Below, in pieces: positions 49,191 to 61,000 of a stretch of DNA of 64,000 nucleotides. The notes under the pieces were generated by a model, which was not told where the DNA came from, did no database searches, and worked only from the letters and a program-made list of their open reading frames with translations. The position numbers and the translations under genes were made by a program. Source of the DNA: Takakia lepidozioides (lineage: Eukaryota; Plantae; Bryophyta); the NCBI GenBank assembly GCA_030704615.1, contig CM060733.1, positions 13,392,001-13,456,000 on the forward strand, given 5' to 3'. The stretch's first letter is position 1. Every line of letters starts with the position of its first letter.

Positions 49191-50512
49191 TTAATGTGGC
49201 CCATCTTTTTGTAGCTGGAGCAATTTTCATTAGAGGACATCTACATGTAGCAATTTACGTGTAAAACAAGTAGACCCATCATGGCGCACAAGATATATTG
49301 CTCGTTTGGTACCTTGGACTTTTAGCATTTTAACCATTGTAAGAAATAAAGATACCATTGGAAAGCTCTTGATGAGCCCGAGCATTTTGTACTTGGAACA
49401 ATTTTGAGTAAAGTTCATCTACCTAGGATAATTGGAGTGTAAATTGAGTGTAAAGTGACGGATTAAATGGTGTATTTAGTTCATTCCTCGTTGGGTAAGC
49501 AAAGGGTGAGAAAGGGTGAGCTTGCTGGCGTATCATGGCGCACCCCCAGCCTGACACCCCCCAGCCTGACAGCATACTTTCTTGCACCATGGGCATACTT
49601 TTGAGCGCCACTATGGGGCACATGCGCCATGAACAATGCTTCTACCCTAGTTTTGATTGGACTCAATGAGGCTTAAATTCAACCAATAAGAATTAGATCT
49701 CATGAGGATGATTGATGGGACACATTTTCCTGTTTTTCCACAGCTGGAAACCAAAGTTGGTTTCTACAGCTGGTGATATCATCCTACCCATGGCCCCACT
49801 TTTGAGTCTGCAGAGTGTGGGTGTGTAGAGCAGAGGTTGGACATCAAGGAACTTTGAAGTGCAAGCAAAACATTGATAGAAGTCACTGAGCCATACTATT
49901 TCCATCTACATGTCACAAGGATCGCAATCTGACCAACACTCTCCGGACAGCACATAATGGTGCAGTTGCCCACCAAGGCAATGGAGAAACGTGCATAAAG
50001 AATGCAAATGGCTACCAAAGCCCGTAGCATCAAGAAATCCGGATAAGAGAGATTATAGGTAAGAGTTTTACAGACCATGAGTGACCCTATATTTCTTCCA
50101 AGCTTAAACTTCAAAAATTTCTGAAGTTGTGCCTGACAACACCTCATCATGCGAGCAATCAACATTGGTAAAAGTATCGCTCAGGTGCTCCAGCTTACCC
50201 AGATTCTGAAATGAGCTTACTGGGTAGGCACTGAGCAAGGTTGCAGATGAAATGGTGTCCTCAACTTTTCAGGTGGCAAGTGCACCATTTGTTGTCCTTT
50301 CATCATCAATTTGGCTGAACATTCTTATATGCTCTTATGTACACTGCCACAGAATTCTTTTAAGATGTTGCCCCCTTATTCATATACTGCAACCACATTT
50401 TATAGAGGTTTCGACCAGCAACTGTGGAGCCTCTTCTGCTTGTCCACGTAACTGAAGAGAGCTCACAATCTACCTCTTCTGTTTATCCAAGCAACTGAAG
50501 AGGGCTCGCAAT

Positions 50513-52345
50513 CTAGTATACGCCATGGATGTAGGAGCTGAGGCGGTCGAGTTCTTCGCGATGCTCTTGGACAATTGCCCTGACAACGTCGCCTATTGAA
50601 ACCATCCCTTTCATCTCCTTATTCTCCACCACAGGAATGTGTCTGATGCGCTTCTCTGTTATATATCCCCATTATCACAGAAAAAAGCATATCACCGTTG
50701 ATAGACTCTTTTGACCCATTTACTCATTATACACCTTTGGTGATAATTAACTCTCCATGAAATTTACACGCAGTGGAATTTCAGTTGCAGTAAATACACT
50801 TGGGTAGCAAACTTATTAGAAACATCCTGATACATCCCTAGTGACACTTGAGCTTTTCGAAGTTTCAAAACATCATCCATAGAACAGTCATTGAGATATT
50901 TTGACTTATCAACATACCAGTCATTAGCTCCATTGCCCGTAGAACCTTTGTATCAGGGCTCACCGTGATAAGCTTATTCTGCAAGAAGCACAACAACAAT
51001 TTCAGTCAGAAAGTATCATCACTGTACTAACAAACCATAATGCCTCACCAAACAAGTAATGGCCAGTCAAGAAAACGCAGTGCTTAAACAGGCACACAAT
51101 GTGAGGAATTCGCCCCCTGACTATACACATTCGTCAAACAGAGTCACATTCAACTCCAGAAACAAGCTGTGAACAGCCAAGACTCTTTGATGTTCTGAGG
51201 CTCCCTAAAACACATAAGTAGATCCACCACAAGGAACTTGGGTGTGCAATTTACACATACTGCTGCAACATAATCAGATTAAAGCCCCCATATGCCTCAT
51301 GACGTCTGATCTGTCTCTTCATCCTCCCTCCAAGGTAGTCAGTTATAAACCCATAAAACCATCATACCACCCCCCTTTCCCTTAAGTTTTGCATGTAGGA
51401 CATGCAAAGCACCCAAGCTACTCCAGAATGCGAAGTGAGAATGTGAATTGAAAAGGAGGGCAATCAGTAATGACCACATATGAGTACATACTTCTTCAGT
51501 CATGATGTCCCCAACTTTAGTCGTCTTTGATGATCTTCCTTGGACAATAATCTTTCTCAGGTAATCTGTTTACAGTCAGCAGTCCCAACTCCGTTATGTA
51601 TGCAAACCCCTCCAACTGACTTCTTTGTTGCATCTTATCATATCTTCCTTTTTCCCTTAGCTGATGCAGAGTAAACGTGCTCATTTACATTCTTAGAATC
51701 CAGAGTTGAGAGAACTCATTCAGTTCCTGACAGTGTAAGTTCTATCACCTCGTGTAATGCCGTTCAAAAGAGACTAGATGAAGAAGATTCCAGAAAGCGT
51801 TAAGTTGACGTTTGTACCCCTCTCAGTGATAATGCCAGCCAGAGAGCTCTTCTCTCCTGGTTTTACCACCAACAGCGCACCCACGTTGTTGGTAGTCATC
51901 TGCACGAAACCAGCTCATGTTAACAACAAGAATGAGAAGAAATGCACGAGTTAAGAAAGAAGTCCAGGTAGAAACTCCATAACATCCACGGAAGGGACTG
52001 ACACCGGTAACATAAAGAGACATGAAGAGGTACACAGTCTAACATAGCCAAGAAGAAAATCCGCTGAAACGACAGGTGGCTCACAGATTTGACGGCATCA
52101 AAGACAGTGTCTTCTGTGGTGCACCAGAGCCAAGATCTGTCGGCTTTGTGGCCTTTCTCTTTCAGAATGTCTGAAATGGTGGTGCTCTCAAAGCCCTGCT
52201 CTTCCAAACGCTCCTTGCCAGGCTGCCCAGACTCCTTTCGTGTCTGAATGTTCGAAAGGAGAGGACTTCCCACCCGAATACGCTGCAGAACACTTCCAGA
52301 AAGAGCCCTCCCTTGAGCCTGGACAAGTCTTGTAACGCCTTGCAT
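50513..52345 (-). CDS. CBSX3: Mitochondrial CBS-domain protein, 206 aa (exons 52345-52085, 51899-51818, 51565-51492, 50978-50918, 50655-50513)
   Basis: EEQGFESTTISDILKEKG..ADRSWLWCTTEDTVFDAVKS|MTTNNVGALLVVKPGE...GIITERDYLRKIIVQGRSSKTTKVGDIMTEENKLITVSPDTKVLRAMELMTEKRIRHIPV...HREELDRL. All introns GT-AG and in phase. Confidence 0.95.
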
Positions 52346-52960
52346 TTTGTCTACGAGTTCCAAACGCTTCCAGCACAAAGAACCTGAAAACATGCAACAT
52401 TACACAAAAACAACGTTGGAAGGTAATGGCAAGCAGTAGAGGACAAGCCAGCCCCGCCTTATGTCCCAAGAACAATACAAATCTGCATGCGAGAAAGGTA
52501 CAGACGTCCACAGCAAGTGACCGGATCCAGACACAGCCTTTCACGAAGAGCCAGCCGAGCCTAACCTTCAGTTGACGGTACACGATAGAAGGAAGACAAT
52601 CCAATGTTATACTATGCCTTAACGTAAGGAGACATATTGAAGAGGAAGACAAGAGAATGGCTCGAGGCGGTCATGACAGCGCTCCTAAATACCGAAGCTA
52701 AGAAATCGCACTCAGGGATGACTTCCAAGGGGACTCCCCATGACAACCCTAAGACACTCACCAGTCCACAACAGTACGGTAGAGCAGAGGTTGCACAAAT
52801 CGGCAGTCGTCCAAAAGCTGTTCAAGAACACAACCCTATCAATAACATAATGCTTCCAGCACCAACACTCCCACACAGTATTTAATTCCGCATCTGCAAG
52901 TTTCTCATCTCTCAGCTTCTTTTCTTTCACACATGAGGAGACCGCCTCGCCATATCTACG

Positions 52961-52962
<2 letters not shown>

Positions 52963-53002
<40 letters not shown>
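52963..53002. repeat. (GA)20 microsatellite in the CBSX3 5' region
   Basis: Directly visible. Confidence 0.95.
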
Positions 53003-53005
<3 letters not shown>

Positions 53006-55010
53006 ACCCTCGACCAGGCAAACAACTCTTGAAATTTACAAACAACAATCGGCTTCGTGGAATGATATAGGGCAAGATCCTCAACCGATTACCATAGGAG
53101 ATCTGGACTCCAGCGACAGGGCTATGAGGGGCCGACTTCAGTTCAAGGCTGCGACTCCGTCATTTCCAACCGAAAAGGGAAATGCTTCAGTTGTAACAGA
53201 ATGCAATTGCTATACGTGTATGCAGTCGGGGGGAGTGCAGGCAGTTTTGTGTGCGAGAGCAAGAGAGAGAAGCAGCACCCTATCCAAAGCATGGCCAGAT
53301 TTAGTCGCAGTGATGACTAGCGGAGGCCCACCAAGGAGGGTGACCAGCACGGATTCCCCACAGACAGGACGGACGAGCAACGCATGATGTGGCAACACAT
53401 CATTATCTCGATCACCCTATTCTCGCTACACCTGTCCGTTCCTGCGTCCAAATACATCCATCCACAAGAGACGCGCCCCGGAAGATCTGCTCGTCCCGCC
53501 TACGCGTCAAGCCGATAGTCCGCACACATGGCCACGCTGACTCATCACGCAGCCAGTGTCGCTGTGTAATTAACGTCCAGAGGCCACCCTCAAGTAGGGC
53601 GCATCCTTCGTGGGCGCATCTCTTTATGAACACCTTCAAGATCTGTACACTGTACACTTAAACACTAGTGTAATGAGGGACTGCAATGATTTTCATGTAC
53701 CTACAGCCCACCTTCCCCTCATACTGCCATCATACACTAAGCCGCCCTACATGCTTCTTGACACATGTAGGCTGTTCATGAGTGATGGGCAGCAGTAGGA
53801 GTGATGGATTGACACATCTTTGGGATCTTTGACACTTAGGCCTCCACTAATAACAACATTATCTACTTCTATATAACCTTAAACCACCTAAGTTCAACCC
53901 GACCAGAAATTGCAGCCATAATTGTAAGGCATTGAAGCATCCGCAATATGAATAGCAAGGGTGTTGACAATCAACATTGCGGTAAGGGCAGGGCACAAGC
54001 TGCCTCGCTAGTGGTTGTGGCCCATGGGTTCACACTACATTGGATGTCATAAAGGTGTCCACCTTCCAGTGGGAAGGTAGTAGCCCTTTGGGTCGAGTGA
54101 CGCCAAGGGTATAGTCAGCTCTCCATAGACTGGAGTCTGGTATCAGCAGATTTGTTTTGTAGTAAGAGAGTCGGAGTTAGGAAAGACGAAAGGACGGATG
54201 CCATGAAGGCATGGACACGTCAGTTTGGAGCAGCTTCATCCTCACTGTCGACATACATTTGCAGTGCTCATCCTGACAGAGGCACACAAGTTAAGTGAAG
54301 TTATGGCATCTATATCCACACAAATGCATCACACACTTCAGGTACTGAACTGGCATTCTGACAAAGTCAGTCCACTTCTCGTCTGCATGCAGATTCCGTT
54401 GCTGGATTGCTGCCACGGCTTACCTATGTACATACCCGCACCCTGGATATACAAGCTCCCTGCCTACTTTTGTACATATTGGGGGGGCCCACTGATCCAA
54501 AACAGACAAAAAGGAAGTGCCAAAGCAGAAGATATTGCTTGGACATTAGTGAGTTTACCCACCAACCTGGCCCACAGGTCTCACTACACTTTCCAGTCAG
54601 ACAGCACAACAATGCCCGAGCGTCCAAACCAAACTACTCAGTTCGCTATCAAACTGGTTTCATATTTCCCACGTCGTCTTAGTCATTTATGGTATTGTAC
54701 ATGTGACTTTCTGTCGCCCAATGTTTACAATAAGAGAAGAAAAAGAGAGCAAATTACTACGGCCCTGGGAACACAGGAGAGAGATGGAGGCTTCTACATT
54801 TAGCGAGTTCACAATGTGGCTATCTGGGACCTTTCAAGAGTCCACCTTTTTTGTAAGCATTTGTCACCATTCGTTATTCAATGAATGAGCAGAGACCAGT
54901 CTCCATGGGATACCACCTGTCTTCTGATCCAAACCTGCAAGACTACTTTGCATCGCAGGCTTATTAATAAAGGGAAAAATGAAAGACTCTTTGGCAGCAT
55001 TTTGGCCTCT

Positions 55011-58000
55011 TCAGATTCCCAATGTGAAAGTGGGAGCCCAATCAGTAGTGGGGAGCATGGATGTGTGTGATCCCCTCTCCTCTGAAGAGATTTCCCTTCC
55101 ATCCTGCTCCCACAGGCGAGCATGTGATCTTGAATTTCCTGTTGTGGCGACTTTCCGCTGCTTCATTGGAGAGTGTCCTGTCTGCCTGGTGAATCCAATC
55201 TGACAGGAACTCCTTGCAGACCTTCCTTCTAAGCCAACTTCCTTACAAAGTTTGCTGGTAGGTTGTTTCTGGCTGTTATCTTCAGATGTATGGCCATCGG
55301 GGTTCCCTTGCTTTGCTCGTTTAGGATGGTTGAAGCCTACTGCTTGTCGATGACAATGGATAGCATACTTAGGTGCATCAGTGCGGTGCACAGAGTCATC
55401 ATCAGGATTTTTGACCTGATGCCGTAATGGGACTTTAAATGTAGTCCTCAGTTTTGCCTTTTTCTTGGTGAAGCCCTTAGCATCATCCATCGTGGGAACT
55501 TGCACAAGTGAAGGTTTGATGATCTGAAGAGCCAAGTTGTGACACACCGCCACATCCTCGCCATCTTGCTGTCCAGAATATGTCTTTTTCAGATTTTCCA
55601 AGTTAGAACCTACGCGGCCTAGTCGGTTGCGGAACTGGTCAAAGACATCAGTTGAGCTTGCATTGATGCTGGGGAGTTTGAGGAGGCCTTGGAGTCCCGA
55701 CTCATCATCAGGATTTTTCAACTCATGCCGTAATGGGACTCTCAATGTAGTCCTCAGTTTTGCCTTTTTCTTGGTGAAGCCCTCAGCATCATCCATCGTG
55801 GGAACTTGCACAAGTGAAGGTTTGATGATCTGAACAGCAAAGTTGTGACGCACCGCCACATCCTCGCCATCTTGCTGTCCAGAATATGTCTTTTTCAGAT
55901 CTTCCAAGTTAGAACCTACGCGGGCTAGTCGGTCGCGGAACTGGTCAAAGACATCAGTTGAGCTTACATTGATGCTGGGGAGGTTGAGGAGGCCTTGGAG
56001 TTCCAACTCATCATCAGGATTTTGGACCTCATGCCGTAATGGGACTTCCAATGTAGTCCTCAGTTTTTCCTTTTTCTCGGTGAAGCCCTCAGCATCATCG
56101 ATCGTGGGAACTTGCACAAGTGAAGGTTTGATGATATGAAGAGCCAAGTCGTGACACACCACCACATCCTCGCCATCTTGCTGTCCAGAATATGTCTTTT
56201 TCAGATTTTCCAAGTTGGAACCTATGCGGGCTAGTCGGTCGCGGAACTGGTCAAAGACATCAGTTGAGCTTACATTGATGCTGGGGAGTTTGAGGAGGCC
56301 TTGGCGTCCTGACTCGTCACCCTGCGTTTTAGAGGAAAGAATTTGCTTTCACCCACATCACAAGTTTAAGGACATGCTTTGTAATAGATAAAGCGGTGTT
56401 GGTGTACTAAGCATCTACCAAACAGAACATTTGTGCGCATTAATTTCCTACAGGGAGAGACTAAATATGGTCACCTTGATAAGCTGAAGCAATAGCTGGC
56501 CTCCTTCTGTGGCCGAGAGATTCTCAACATCTTCGTATTCTTCAATCAAATCCCTGCAAGCAGACACTACCATGTCATGTAATTAGCAATGATTTCAAGC
56601 TTTGGTCTCGATGAATTGGTTACTTTGGTAACATGTGCAGTAATATCAACTGGGTGACGAAAAACGGAGCTATTTGGATCCTAAAAATTGTGTTAATCAC
56701 ACCAAAAACCAATAGCCCCCATTCAACTTCATCAGCCTCGAGGGCAGCAAATGTGAGTGGCAGACGTCTATACAACATAGTGTTGCCAGTGATGCAGCAG
56801 GATGACCAGGGATTCACACTCTGATAAATAGATTCAACAACTGGCATCTCCTGAAAGATGCAACATGAGGAATGCCACCGTTACAAAGAGGATTCTACCC
56901 ACTCTGTTCAAATGATGGAGAAAAACTTCAAGACAAGAAGTCATAGAGAAGCTTCTACGTTTTGGTTATCAGATCAAGAGGACGTACCGGAGGTTAGTGC
57001 AGTCTTTGCCGTAGTGGCGTCGTAGGTAGTCCTCCATCATAGACCAACCCATCCTCACACTCTCATCAAACTTTACTCCCCAGTGTGCTGTCCTATCACC
57101 ACATACCTCGCAAATCACACGACCTGGAAAACCGAAGCATATGCCAGTTCAAACTTGCAAATCAATATACCATGCAACAGAAGGCTGGAAGTCCTGAAGA
57201 CTTTCTCGAAAATGTAATAACTTCTTACTTTCCTTACGGCATTGCTCAAGTTGGACTGTTTTATGTTCTGAGCAGCTGGCATGAGCACACCACATGATGG
57301 GGATAATGACATCTCTATCTGATGAAATCCCAATAACACAAGGTATGAATCAAAGATCAATACAGTAGGAAATGCCAAAGACAAGAACATGATAGTCTTG
57401 CACTATCTCACAGAAAAGCCAGAGTACCCATCGCAGGTGATGAATAGAATGCCAAGAGCCTATGTAAGACTACAGCAAAGGTGTTGGAAGTCATATGAAA
57501 GAAGCCCAACATGCATAATAGTCTTATCAAACATTTAGACAAGTTCACATGATAACAACTGCGGTCCAGTTTTGGCAACAACAGATCTGGCAATCAATGA
57601 CAACACTCACCCATTGTGCTAGATAGAAATTGAGTTCTGTGTGTGTCGGAGTGGGAGTAATGGCCGAAGGAGTATAATTTGTACCCTTCCCAGAAGTCCT
57701 GTACACTGATGCACCAGAACATGAGTCATGACACTGATGTGGAAGCTATTTGCACCTTGAGAATGTAAGCAATGACACATCCGTGACAATGTAGGCAACA
57801 TATAGAGGGAGTTTGTGGATTTGTTGGGGAGCACTGAAGTACATTATTAGTAAGTAGCTTCTATGGTGCCCTGTCTGCCACAAGGTAGTGTGCTGTGAAC
57901 AACAGTTCCTGCAGCTGCTACATAGACTGTTACTTCAGGACATGGCTTTGTCCGCCCCCCAACACTGTACTTGTCTCTTGACAGATTCTCCATCCCTGGC

Positions 58001-61000
58001 GGATGCCTTCAACTATGAGGACTGAAGTGGTCTAACGTATTACCTGCATGAGGCATTCCACCCTCGTGTAACAATGGCGTAGTTTTCATTTATATGGCTC
58101 TCCAAATTGTCTTCTGTTTGTTCGTCTATTGTATCCCTGGACCCTTCGGGCATCCTGTGGATGTGATAAATTTCTCTTCTCTAAGTTTCTTTCTTTCTAT
58201 GGCTTGTTTCTGTGGTTCTTTGTCCTTTTACATGTATCCAGTGGGCTCTTTAAGACTTTCTTTGTGTCTATTTGCCCAAGGTTCTCTTTGAAGCATCATT
58301 TAAAGTGACTTGTAGATTTATGGGTGTGGTGGCTGGTTCTTGTCGCCCCAACTTTCTTTCTTTCCTAAACCCTAAACCCTAAAGCCCTTAACATCAGGGT
58401 CACTGTGAAGCTAGGGAGCCTTGCTGAGGGGGACCCTCTTGACGCTGCCACCAGCCTTATTCAGCAAAACCTTGCTCTACCACGGGGCGCGAGTGGCATT
58501 GAAAGGGCTTGGCGTGCAAAGCACAAAGTCCTCTTCATTAGATTCAAGGACAAGGGTGATCGGGATAGAGTCCTCAGGCAGAGGCCTCAATTGAGAGGTC
58601 AGGGTATGTACCTCAACGATGACTTGACCCCTTTGCAATACAACGCCATGCGGGTGCAACTCTTGCAGCTTAAGCAAGCTCGAGCTCAGGGGCACTATGC
58701 CGTGTACCGAGATGGGAGGGTAATTGTCCGGGAGCACGAGTGTCGCCCCTCTAGCTCTAAATAGGGGTTGGGGCACCATGAGACCAACGCTCACATGTAC
58801 ACTTTGGCTCATGGAACTGTAATGGCTTGTTGTGGAGCCACCCCCAAGAGCTTCTAGATATTCTTTCCAAGTGTGATGTTCTTTTTCTTTTGGAAACTCA
58901 TGCGTACGAAGGAAAGAACCCCCCTTTTATTCTCGGTTATAGCGTTCAGTCAGTGATTCGTCCACGTACAGGTCTCAAAGGATCTAGAGGTGTGGGTTGT
59001 TACTTTGTTGACTGGCTTCTCCCACTTATCTCCTTCCCATACAAAGACCCACTGGCAAGGTACATTTGGTGTCACATTAAAGGCTACAACATCTTGTTGG
59101 CGGGATGTTATTTTGCTCCGGCTGCATCTCTGCACAGTGGCCTACATATTCGAACAAATTCACCATATGTTCCATTGGAAGACAATATGGCCCGTCTCAC
59201 ACAGACATTTTCTTGGTTGGAGATTTCAACGCCCGTACTGGATCACTACAGGCCCCCACCTTCAACCACACGGATCCTCTACACATCCAACGCTCGCATA
59301 CGGAATTGGAGAGGCAAAGTGTAGATTCCTCTTGCGAAATCACAAGCTACGGTCACCATCTACTCAAGTTTTGTGAAACTCGGGGGCTTGCCATTTACAA
59401 TGGAACAACCAACTTCAAATCCTCCAGCCAGTTCACTTGCCACACGTACAAGGGCCAAAGCGTGGTTGACTATCTCTTGGGGGAGCCCCAACAAGTATGA
59501 TAGAATAAGCTCCTTTTACATCACGAGGTACCCGGATTCTGATCACTCTTGCCTTTCCTTTGCATTTCCTTCCATCTCCCTCCCCGTGAGGATTCCCTCT
59601 GCTTCTCTTCCCTTACACCCACGTATCCACTTTAATACCCCTTTCTCTCACTTACACGACGCCGAGTATGAAACATACCTGGCGTCAACCCTCCCTTCCA
59701 TTCTACATCTACCATCTCCTAACGACAAGGCTACACATCTTACTCAAGCCCTTTGGGACTCAGCCCTGCGATCCTTTCCCGTCACCCTTCCATCTACCTC
59801 CTCACCCTTGTCCACTCGTCGTTACGCACCATTTTATGATGAGGAATGCAAGACTGCTAGACGTCACATCAATCTTTACTACTTGATACCAATTCTTCTC
59901 CAGAGTCCACTAATCTTGCTCTTAAGCACTATAAGTCCCTCATTAGATCAAAAAAGCGAGCCTACACTATCAAGTTGCAATCTTCTTTCCTTGCTAAAAT
60001 CAGATTTTCTCCTCGTTCTTTTTGGTCCCTCCTTAAACCTCATAGAGACCCTCCCCCAATCACTGACATTCACGTCTGGCATGAGTATGCACAGTCTTTG
60101 TACCATTCCCCAACCCAAACTCCTCTCTAAACCCCTTCACTTCTCTCTCTTTACTACGGCCAATGTCAGTAAGGCAATCAAGAAGCTGCAAAATGGCAGA
60201 GCAGTGGACATTTCAGGACTTCAGAGTGAATTCATCAAGCATGCTGCACCTACTCTAGCCCCTTTTATAGCTAACCTCTTCAATGAGGTGGTGCAACGGG
60301 GCTTTCCAACAGAGTGGACAAAGAGCATCATCCACCCACTTTTCAAGAGTGGTGACAGGCTCGCACCAACAAACTATCGTACTATCATGGTGTCCTTGTT
60401 ACTTGCTAAACTGTTTGGGGCATTAGTGGCCATGGAACTGGATGATTGGGCTGAGTCCTCTCGCATTCGTGCTGAGGGACAGGCTGGTTTCCGTCGCAAC
60501 AGATCCACTATTGACCACATCGTCACTCTTCAGGTTATGGTGGAAAGTGCACGCTATGACAAAAGAATGGTCTATGTTTGCTTCGTGGACTTTCACAAAG
60601 CCTTTGATTCAGTTCCTCGGGACCTACTCTTCCAACGGCTCCATAGAGTGGAAGTCCCTCCAGACATCCTTTGTACCATCTCTTCTATGTATGAGATTGT
60701 CACTGGCATGGTCAACGTCGCTGGTGAATTCTCAGCCGAGGTCCACAGCAACATTGGAGTCAAACAGGGCTGCCCCCTTTCACCTACCCTGTTCGGGATC
60801 TACATTGACGCCTTGGAGAATTACATATCAAAAAACCATGGGGTTGGGGTACCATTGGATGGGGGACCAACCCAATCAGATCTCCTCTACGCTGATGATG
60901 TTGCCCTTTTGGCACAATCCCCGGTCTTCCTGCAACACCATCTCAAAATTTTGGAACAGTTCTGCAAAGACTATGGGATGCAAGTCAATCTTAGCAAGAC

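Noticed and set aside
49700-50450. Faint PPR-like remnants downstream of CBSX3
   Set aside because: Only isolated short peptides; not supportable.
54225-54803. 192-aa + strand ORF
   Set aside because: Non-ATG start, no motif; lies in the likely 3' flank of the minus-strand gene.
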